Shown: one piece after another, positions 25,083 to 32,000 of the stretch
Layout: every line of letters begins with the position of its first letter
How positions within the stretch are numbered: position 1 is the stretch's first letter
Assembly (NCBI RefSeq): GCF_000020025.1
Contig: NC_010628.1
Coordinates: 4,620,001 to 4,652,000, forward strand
Reading direction: 5' to 3'
Source: Nostoc punctiforme PCC 73102
GTDB lineage: Bacteria > Cyanobacteriota > Cyanobacteriia > Cyanobacteriales > Nostocaceae
DNA: 32,000 bases
Translations under genes and position numbers: made by a program
Notes under the pieces: model-generated
Seen by the model: the letters and a program-made list of their open reading frames with translations, nothing else
What the model was told of the DNA's origin: nothing
Databases searched by the model: none

Positions 25083-25673
25083 ATGAATTTCACATTAATT
25101 CCCAGTGGTCTTGTTTTATTTCGTTTTTTAATATCTCCATTCCTCCTATTAGATGCCTTGGATGGCAAAACCAGTATTTGGTTCATCGTCGGTTTTGTCG
25201 CAGCCTTTCTCTCAGATATTTTTGATGGCATTATTGCGCGACGATTAGGTGTCAGCACTGCCCAATTGCGCCAAGCCGATAGTTGGGCTGATGTCTGCCT
25301 TTTTAGCTGTATCTTCGTGAGTGCGTGGATAGTTCATCAAGATATTCTCGTTACTTATAGCGTCCCTTTGCTAATGATTGTTTTTGCTCAATTGCTGTGG
25401 TGGGTGGTGAATTTAGTGAAATATGGTAAACCCGCTAGCTATCACACCTACTCTGCAAAATTTTGGGGAATCACCCTTTTTATTGCCATTATTGCCTTAT
25501 TTGGCTTTGATTACGCCGGAGTTGCCTTATGGCTGACTTGTATTGCTGGTACAATTCACAGCGTCGAAGAAATTGCTATGACGCTAATATTGCCAGTTTG
25601 GACACATGATGTTTTAAGCATTTTTCATGCCTTGAATATTCGTCAAGAATCACTAACACCAATTACTAAATAA
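25083..25673 (+). CDS. CDP-alcohol phosphatidyltransferase-like integral membrane protein
   Basis: 196 aa, about 5-6 TM segments. The motif DIFDGIIARRLGVSTAQLRQADSWAD fits D-x2-D-G-x2-A-R...D-x3-D, except that the conserved Gly position holds Leu. An AGGAGG Shine-Dalgarno sequence lies upstream. The stop TAA (25671-25673) is 1 nt from the cupA ATG. Confidence 0.55.
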   Translation: MNFTLIPSGLVLFRFLISPFLLLDALDGKTSIWFIVGFVAAFLSDIFDGIIARRLGVSTAQLRQADSWADVCLFSCIFVSAWIVHQDILVTYSVPLLMIVFAQLLWWVVNLVKYGKPASYHTYSAKFWGITLFIAIIALFGFDYAGVALWLTCIAGTIHSVEEIAMTLILPVWTHDVLSIFHALNIRQESLTPITK

Positions 25674-25674
25674 T

Positions 25675-26982
25675 ATGACAGCAATTAAAACAGCAATTAA
25701 ATTACCTCCTTCAACGCACGAATTTGCTGATGTAATTCATCGCTTAGAAGCAGGCGGTGCAATGTTACCCGATACTCCAGAAAATTTGATGCAAATCATC
25801 GGTTTATATAAAGCTTATGCTGTACCGATGGATTTTTACTGGCGTGACCTGCTTTATATTGCTGAAAACGAGTTTTTAAACCCGGTTCCTTTCTTTAAAT
25901 ACTTCTTACCCAAAGAATATTTAGAACTGCATAATCACTATGCTGGCGATGATGCCGATTTACGTATTTGGCGCGGCGAAGCTACTGCACATCCAGAACT
26001 TTTGGCATTTATGGAAAAGGGTGAAACTTTCAAAATGCCAAAGTTATTGCATCACTTGTTCCACGATCGCATTAACATGGAGTTTGCTGAAGCTTGTATG
26101 CGGGCGATGTTATGGCATAGAGGGATGGGTGGACAATTTGACCCTTACCTAGATTCAGACGAATACAAAGCCAACGCTGACCGAGCAATTAAAGCTTATT
26201 TCCAACGGAACCCAGTAATGCTGGGGCTTTACAAGCTGTTCCCCGATATGTTTTTGGAACAGTGCCGCCAGATGTCATACTACGCTAATCTGGGCTTATT
26301 CTGGGAAGTCATGGCCCCGGTATTCTTTGAAATGTCAGACCGCTATGACGAAGGTACCATTAGCACCGTCCCAGAGGCAATGAGCTTCTTAGTTAATGGT
26401 ATATTTGCGATCGCAGGTCGTCCCATTTACCATCACGTTTATATTCGTGGCGAATGCTACGAAATTATCCCTAAATCAAAGGGTTTCATGTGGCTATACG
26501 AAGCCGCATTACCTTACGTAGAAGCTGTTTTCTACCGTACCGCACCCTTCCGGGGGACAAAATCTTATAATGCTCAAGCGCGTCAAGTACCGGAAGACCA
26601 AAAAGATTTTCACTATGGTATTCTTTACGCTGATGTATTTCCAGTCGGTACTGCTGGCATTCCTCCGACATTATTAATGCAAGATATGTTGCATTTTTTG
26701 CCACCATATCTTGTTAATTACTACAGCCAACATTGCCGGGGTGAAGAAGATATGTTGATTCAGTTGGGAGTAAGTTTTCAACGGTCAATGTACTGTGTCA
26801 CTTCTGCGGTAATTCAAGCTTTGCGAACTGCACTTTTATATCCATTAGATGACCAAAATCCCAAGCATTTACAAGCAAATCGAGATTTTTTTGAAATGCA
26901 GCTAAATCGCTTTACTCGACCAGACTATAATATTCGTGATGCTGCTCGTTTAGGGAGTATTCAAAAGCAAGATTATAGATAA
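25675..26982 (+). CDS. cupA: CO2 hydration protein CupA/ChpY
   Basis: 435 aa with ChpXY-family sequence blocks (GAMLPDTPENLMQIIGLYKAYAVPMDFYWRDLLYIAE, HHLFHDRINMEFAEACMRAMLWHRG, GIPPTLLMQDMLHFLPPYL). It lies adjacent to ndhF3 and ndhD3. Confidence 0.9.
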   Translation: MTAIKTAIKLPPSTHEFADVIHRLEAGGAMLPDTPENLMQIIGLYKAYAVPMDFYWRDLLYIAENEFLNPVPFFKYFLPKEYLELHNHYAGDDADLRIWRGEATAHPELLAFMEKGETFKMPKLLHHLFHDRINMEFAEACMRAMLWHRGMGGQFDPYLDSDEYKANADRAIKAYFQRNPVMLGLYKLFPDMFLEQCRQMSYYANLGLFWEVMAPVFFEMSDRYDEGTISTVPEAMSFLVNGIFAIAGRPIYHHVYIRGECYEIIPKSKGFMWLYEAALPYVEAVFYRTAPFRGTKSYNAQARQVPEDQKDFHYGILYADVFPVGTAGIPPTLLMQDMLHFLPPYLVNYYSQHCRGEEDMLIQLGVSFQRSMYCVTSAVIQALRTALLYPLDDQNPKHLQANRDFFEMQLNRFTRPDYNIRDAARLGSIQKQDYR

Positions 26983-26994
26983 GAGATCCCCCAA

Positions 26995-27022
26995 CCCCCC
27001 TTAAGAAGGGGGGCTTTTTTTT
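26995..27022 (+). terminator. intrinsic terminator of the cup operon
   Basis: cccccc (26995-27000), loop ttaagaa, gggggg (27008-27013), then c plus T8 (27015-27022). It begins 13 nt after the cupA stop. Confidence 0.8.
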
Positions 27023-27099
27023 GTGAATTACAATAAGTTTAATTTCTTCAGTGGCAATACTATAAATAAAATTAGACACTCAAATTCCCCTCTTTTTAA

Positions 27100-27123
27100 G
27101 GCTACGGTGTATACACCGTAGCC
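27100..27123. repeat. perfect 24-bp palindrome GGCTACGGTGTATACACCGTAGCC, followed by T5; a third half-copy lies at 27170-27185
   Basis: All 12 base pairs were checked by hand. A 16-nt identical half (tgtatacaccgtagcc) recurs at 27170-27185. The flanks gagatccccc (26983-26992) and gggggatctc (27131-27140) are reverse complements of each other. Confidence 0.85.
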
Positions 27124-27192
27124 TTTTTAGGGGGGATCTCAACGCTGTGGGAAAACTCTAAAAAACTTATGTATACACCGTAGCCATAATTC

Positions 27193-30100
27193 TTATAAAC
27201 CAGATAATACTCCTGCAATACTCGTCAATTCCATAATTTTCTCAAACTGGAAATTATGAGCCAAATTCTGAATAAAATTGCTCAACGTAGCATTTTCTGA
27301 AGGAATTTGTTCAATCAATTCTAAAATTAAGTCATCACTACATTGGGCTGCGGCAGTATACACCTGTTTCACCCATTCAGGCGACATTTCAGACAATAGA
27401 GGAACTAAATCTGTAAGCTTCAAGATTGATTCTGTTATTTGTTGGTTTGCATTTTTTATCTGATAGTTATCTTCTTGATAAATATATTTAACTTCTAAAT
27501 ATTCGCTCAATTTTTTTAATAATTCTTCTTCACGGAAAGGCTTGTTAATATAATCATCACAACCAGCTTTGATTGTTGCCTCTCGCTGTTCTTCAAAGGC
27601 GTTAGCGGTTAAGGCGATAATAATCGTCTTGCGATTTGGGATTGAAGTTTCTTCTCTAGCTTTAATAATTTTGGTGGCTTCGTAGCCGTCCATAATTGGC
27701 ATCCGCATATCCATAAAAATTAGGTGTGGTTGCCATTGTTGCCAAAGTGCGATCGCTTCCGTGCCATTTGCCGCTTCCTGGACTGCAAAACCAATAGATG
27801 TCAAGATTTTTACTAACACTAAACGGCTGTCTATAGAGTCATCAACCACCAAGATGCGGTATTCGTTTTGAGCAGGTGCTAAACTCAGAACTTGCCGTCT
27901 AATTTGTTGGATCTGGATTTCGCTGGCTGCGGCTAGATCAATTTGAATATCAAAGGCAAATGTACTTCCCTCACCAATAATGCTAGTCACGCTAATATCT
28001 CCGCCCATTAGTTCCACATATTTGCGGCTAATTGCTAAACCTAGTCCTGTTCCTTGTTGCGATTTTCTACCGGTTTCAGTTTGTCCAAACGCTTCAAACA
28101 GTAAGTTAATTTCCTGTGGCGCAATACCGCGACCAGTGTCTGTAACCTCGAAGAAGAGATGAGGAGGATGAGGTAAAATTTTCTCCCCCATATTCTCCAT
28201 TGCCACCCGTAACATAACTCTTCCAGTATCGGTAAATTTGATTGCATTTCCCAAGAGGTTAAGCAATACTTGACGCAGTTTACTTTCATCAGCTTGGATA
28301 TACTGCGGAAGGTAAGATGTATATTCAAAATTTAATTCTAAGCCTTTGGAAGTGGCGCGGAAACGCAACATCTCTTCGAGGTTTTCTAAGAGGCGAATTA
28401 AGTCAAAACTGTTGAGATTTAATGTTATTCTGCCGGCTTCAATTTTAGACATTTCCAGAATGTCGTTGATTAAGTTGAGGAGATGTTCGCCAGCACGATT
28501 GATGATTGCTAGATTTTGCTGATGTTCAGTAGATAAAGCCCGATCGTGGCTCATGATTTGGGTAAAACCGAGGATGGCGTTGAGTGGGGTACGCAGTTCG
28601 TGGCTCATGTTGGCGAGGAATTCGCTTTTGGCGCGGTTGGCAGCATCAGCTGTAATCACAGCTTCTTGCAATGCTTGTGACTGCCTTTGAGTCTGCGCCA
28701 GTAATTGTGCTTGCTGTAAAGCCACACCCAACTGATTGCCAATTTGAACTACAATGTTGATTTCTCCTGGTTTCCATTGGCGGGAATCAGAATTTTGATA
28801 ACTCGCTAGTAATCCCCAAATCTGACTACCATATAAAATGGGGACAATGATATAAGCTTTTGCCTGAAAGCGTTCTAAAAGGCTGATGTAAGAGGGATGA
28901 AACTCAGCATTGTAAATGTCTGGGACGCAGCGAAAAGTTGCGCCTTGTGCGTAAATGCCATCTTGAATTGCTTGCATATCAGCATCTTCCGCTTGATTAT
29001 CCCCACTATCCAAAATTTTTGCTAGGCAACGTCCTTGTTGTAAGACACCTTCTGTGAGATTAGGATCGTTGTTATGTTCTTCTATCAGAGAAATCCAACC
29101 ATTACCCACAGACTCAGAGACGAATTCGCCATTCCATTGAGGATTGAAACGATAAACAACAACCCGATCGCAATTGAGTACTTGCCGTAATTCTTGGGTT
29201 GTAGCTGCAAATATAGTCTCTAAATCCAATGTTTGGCGCATCCTTTGAATCACTTGGGCGATCGCTCTTTCCCGTTCTGCACTCTCACGCAGCGCTTCTT
29301 CTGCCAATTTTCTCTCGGTAATATCTGTAATCGTACCGATATAACCTTTTATTTCTCCATCATCTCGAAATTCTGGCAAAGCCTGACAAATTACCCAGAC
29401 AACTGTACTATCATCACACAAAAAGCGATGTTCGTACTTATACATAACTTTAGCAACTCTTGCTTGATTCCATGTCAACAATAGCTGCTCGCGATCGTCT
29501 GGATGTACGGCTTTTGTCCAACCGGTTCCCAGAGACTCTTCTAAATTGCATCCACTAATCTCACTCCAGCGTTGATTAAAATATAAGACATTACCATCCA
29601 CATCAGTGTGAAATATACAAGCTGGGGAGGTTTCTGCTAGCAGTTGATATCGCTGCCGACCTGTTTGTAAAGCTAATTCTGCCAGTTTAGCATCGTTGAT
29701 GTCTGTCCAATAACCGACACATTCTATAGGATTTCCAGTTTCGTCACGAATTAACCTCATCTTTTCGTAAAACCAGTGATAAGTTCCGTCAGCGTGTAAC
29801 CACCGATATTCGTAGGAAGTGTACTCTTGCTCAACCAGCTGGGAAAATTTTTCTGAAATCAGTTCAATATCTTCTGGGTGGACGTGATGCAGCCAGAAAT
29901 TAGGATTTTCGACAAATTCCTGCGCTTCGTAACCAACCATTGCCTTAACGTTCTTACTAATAAAGGTAGTGCTAAAATTGCCTAATGTTTTTTTGCTGCT
30001 ATAAATCACCACAGGGCTAGAAGTAAGCAGATATTGAAGGCGCTCGTTAGCTAAACGTAGTTCTTGTTCGACATGTTTGCGTTCGCGTAGCGCGGCTTGC

Positions 30101-32000
30101 CGTTCGCGTAGTGCTGCTTGCAGTTCGCTAATTTCTACTAAAACAGTGCCCACACCAGAGAGGCGATCGTCTTCACCAGGAATCGGAAAATAAGAAACTA
30201 AAAAGTGGCGGATAATATCTGGTTGTTTAATTGATGCGGCGCTTAATTCTTGATTGAGGATGGGTTCACCTGTCAATAGAACCTGTTGATAAAATGGTTC
30301 TACGACACTGGCTATTTTGGGTAAGGCTTCATGAATGGTCTTGCCAATATGAGCTTCCTGGGATATTCCATTAATTTCCGCTAGTACTTGGTTGATTTGC
30401 ACAAACCGCAGTTGGTTATCTACAATATTCATACCGACGGGAGCCCCTGTAAAAAAGGCATTGAGGCGAGCTTCCCTGAGTGCTAATTCTTGTTCTAGGG
30501 TTTTGCGCTCAATCAACCCACCTAACTGAGCAGCAACAGCATTTACTAGCAAGAGCAAACGTCTATCTACCAATACTGAACTACGTTTAAAAAACACTAA
30601 AACAGCTAATACTTTGTTTCCAGCCAGTATGGGAACACCAAAACCAGCTTTTAATCCTACCTTTGCTGCTTGTTGCGATCGCAAAAAAATTGGCTCTGTA
30701 ACTTCTGAAACATCTTCTATCCATTCTGGTTCCTGATTCTGCCAAACTCTTCCTGGTAGTCCCACTCCCAGAGGAAATTTCACAATTTGACTGTGGCGGC
30801 AAAATTCTTCTAAATTGCTTTGTTCACCATACCAGCCCAGGCTGTGTTCTAAAACACTACTATCTTCATTAGGTATCCATGCTTCACCAAAATCCCAGCC
30901 AATGGTATGACAAATTAAGCGTAAGACCAGTGCTAAAGAGCTATTGACATCATTAGCGCGAGTGATGGCTTGGGTTGTCAACAGTAACAAACGGCTTTCA
31001 TTTTCTGCCTGCTTGCGTTCAGTAATATCTTTCGCTGTGCCTAGTACGTAACATTTTCCATCAATCTCGATCATTTCCGCACTCAGCAAGGTTGTCCTGA
31101 TTTCTCCTGAACAAGTGCAGACATCAATCTCATAGTTACGAATAGCTTTAGTTTTTTGCAGCATCTGGGTAAGAAAATTATATTCTTCTGGATTCACCCA
31201 AATATTCAATTCTTGATCGGTGCGATCGATAACCTGAGAACGAGAATAACCAAAAAACCGACAAAAACTGTCGTTAACTTCGACGAAGCGTTTGTTAGGA
31301 ACAGTAATTAAGGCAATGGGATCGGGAGATGACCGAAAAGCTGATGCTAACTTTTCTTCAGAAGCCCTCCGCGCGGCTTCAGCGCGTTGACGTTCTTTTG
31401 CTTCCAGCACCAAAGATACTAAATTGCCCAGAGAGCGAGCAAAATTTTGATCTTCTAGCGTCCAATGATGAGCAACTCCCACTGCCTCCAAACATAAAAC
31501 CCCTACGGTTTTTCCCTCCTGCCTAATGGGTGTATAGAGTATAGAGGTAATATTTAATCTTGAGTAAGATGGGGAAAATTCTCTAATTCTGGGATCGGTA
31601 TGGGCATCATCTGCGGCGATTGGTTGATCTTGTTGCAAAGCTGCAAAATAAGCTGGATAGTCGGCCTCTGATAAAACAAGTCCTTCACTATGTTGATTGC
31701 GACTGCCCTCAAATAGGTCAAAACACTCGATTTTCAAGCCTGTTTCGTCATACAACCAAACACTGGCCCGTTCCATTCCAATATTTTTGACAGCTGTTTC
31801 TGTAATTTTACCCAAAGCTGCTTTCAAGTCACCCTGATAAAGGATCTGATTTTGCGCCAGTTGGGTTAGCACTAAGTTATGATTGCGGAGCTTAATCGCG
31901 CTCTCTTGGAGTAATTTTTCTATACCTCGACGCTGTGTAATATTACTAGCAGTGCCTGTCATACCTATGACTAAACCCTCTTCGTTGCGTAATGCGATCG
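27193..32000 (-). CDS. multi-sensor hybrid histidine kinase (GAF-PAS-GAF-PAS-PAS-PAS-GAF-HisKA-HATPase_c-REC plus a C-terminal helical tail), N-terminus outside the window
   Basis: The 1589-aa ORF starts at Met 31962, but the frame stays open to the window edge. The upstream residues IALRNEEGLVIG-MTGTASNITQRR read like the end of another PAS domain. The H-box is FLANMSHELRTPLNAILGF. ATPase boxes are LLGNAIKFT, DTGRGI and GTGLGLAISRKYVELMGG. The receiver has ILVVDDSIDSR and LIFMDMRMPIMDG. Confidence 0.9.
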   Translation of the reverse strand, partial: IALRNEEGLVIGMTGTASNITQRRGIEKLLQESAIKLRNHNLVLTQLAQNQILYQGDLKAALGKITETAVKNIGMERASVWLYDETGLKIECFDLFEGSRNQHSEGLVLSEADYPAYFAALQQDQPIAADDAHTDPRIREFSPSYSRLNITSILYTPIRQEGKTVGVLCLEAVGVAHHWTLEDQNFARSLGNLVSLVLEAKERQRAEAARRASEEKLASAFRSSPDPIALITVPNKRFVEVNDSFCRFFGYSRSQVIDRTDQELNIWVNPEEYNFLTQMLQKTKAIRNYEIDVCTCSGEIRTTLLSAEMIEIDGKCYVLGTAKDITERKQAENESRLLLLTTQAITRANDVNSSLALVLRLICHTIGWDFGEAWIPNEDSSVLEHSLGWYGEQSNLEEFCRHSQIVKFPLGVGLPGRVWQNQEPEWIEDVSEVTEPIFLRSQQAAKVGLKAGFGVPILAGNKVLAVLVFFKRSSVLVDRRLLLLVNAVAAQLGGLIERKTLEQELALREARLNAFFTGAPVGMNIVDNQLRFVQINQVLAEINGISQEAHIGKTIHEALPKIASVVEPFYQQVLLTGEPILNQELSAASIKQPDIIRHFLVSYFPIPGEDDRLSGVGTVLVEISELQAALRERQAALRERKHVEQELRLANERLQYLLTSSPVVIYSSKKTLGNFSTTFISKNVKAMVGYEAQEFVENPNFWLHHVHPEDIELISEKFSQLVEQEYTSYEYRWLHADGTYHWFYEKMRLIRDETGNPIECVGYWTDINDAKLAELALQTGRQRYQLLAETSPACIFHTDVDGNVLYFNQRWSEISGCNLEESLGTGWTKAVHPDDREQLLLTWNQARVAKVMYKYEHRFLCDDSTVVWVICQALPEFRDDGEIKGYIGTITDITERKLAEEALRESAERERAIAQVIQRMRQTLDLETIFAATTQELRQVLNCDRVVVYRFNPQWNGEFVSESVGNGWISLIEEHNNDPNLTEGVLQQGRCLAKILDSGDNQAEDADMQAIQDGIYAQGATFRCVPDIYNAEFHPSYISLLERFQAKAYIIVPILYGSQIWGLLASYQNSDSRQWKPGEINIVVQIGNQLGVALQQAQLLAQTQRQSQALQEAVITADAANRAKSEFLANMSHELRTPLNAILGFTQIMSHDRALSTEHQQNLAIINRAGEHLLNLINDILEMSKIEAGRITLNLNSFDLIRLLENLEEMLRFRATSKGLELNFEYTSYLPQYIQADESKLRQVLLNLLGNAIKFTDTGRVMLRVAMENMGEKILPHPPHLFFEVTDTGRGIAPQEINLLFEAFGQTETGRKSQQGTGLGLAISRKYVELMGGDISVTSIIGEGSTFAFDIQIDLAAASEIQIQQIRRQVLSLAPAQNEYRILVVDDSIDSRLVLVKILTSIGFAVQEAANGTEAIALWQQWQPHLIFMDMRMPIMDGYEATKIIKAREETSIPNRKTIIIALTANAFEEQREATIKAGCDDYINKPFREEELLKKLSEYLEVKYIYQEDNYQIKNANQQITESILKLTDLVPLLSEMSPEWVKQVYTAAAQCSDDLILELIEQIPSENATLSNFIQNLAHNFQFEKIMELTSIAGVLSGL

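Noticed and set aside
27193-27560. C-terminal tail of the hybrid kinase as an HPt domain
   Set aside because: It lacks the HxxKG phospho-histidine motif. The only His context is LAHNFQFEKI.
28740-29230. Third GAF domain of the giant kinase as a bilin-binding cyanobacteriochrome or phytochrome GAF
   Set aside because: Bilin-binding GAFs have a Cys-His pair at the critical position. This domain has Phe-His (AEFHPSYISLLERFQAKAYIIVPI; the FH codons lie at 28897-28902), and no DxCF motif is present. There is therefore no sequence support for a photoreceptor call.
1-32000. tRNA, rRNA, tmRNA, RNase P RNA, riboswitches (B12 box, glutamine) and NtcA (GTA-N8-TAC) or DIF (TCCGGA) promoter motifs
   Set aside because: I scanned the intergenic regions by eye and found no convincing match. 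The apparent partial matches (for example GTA-N8-CAC near 7945) deviate at essential positions.

Overview
This 32-kb chromosomal window looks like it comes from a filamentous, Nostocales-like cyanobacterium. I counted more than 30 HIP1 octamers (GCGATCGC) by eye. Several intergenic regions carry STRR-type heptamer tandem repeats, and the gene content is typically cyanobacterial. No rRNA, tRNA, CRISPR array or transposase gene was recognised.

Gene order:
- A partial membrane ORF at the left edge.
- A MarR-controlled efflux cluster: marR, an HlyD/EmrA-like adaptor, an MFS_3 transporter and an EmrB/QacA-type MFS.
- A Uma2-family nuclease-like gene.
- A secreted TPR protein (minus strand).
- A signalling cluster: CHASE3 histidine kinase, stand-alone receiver, REC-HisKA_2 kinase, and REC-PAS-PAS-GGDEF-EAL.
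- A coiled-coil protein (minus strand).
- YihY/BrkB, DUF4112 and an alpha/beta hydrolase.
- An O-methyltransferase (minus strand).
- An AT-rich GT-C-type glycosyltransferase (minus strand).
- About 1.25 kb of repeat-rich, mostly non-coding DNA.
- A low-CO2-type NDH-1MS CO2-uptake operon.
- A convergent hybrid sensor kinase of more than 1,600 aa that runs off the right edge.

The most interesting feature is the CO2-uptake operon. The canonical order is ndhF3-ndhD3-cupA(-cupS). Here the order is ndhF3, a Tat-signal beta-carbonic anhydrase, ndhD3, a CDP-alcohol-phosphatidyltransferase-like membrane protein, then cupA. No cupS follows.

Secondary observations:
- A candidate translational switch in front of ndhD3.
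- Candidate LysR-type dyads upstream of ndhF3.
- Putative MarR operator boxes.
- Several nested hairpin or MITE-like elements.

All functional calls rest on motif recognition in the supplied translations. No database search was run.
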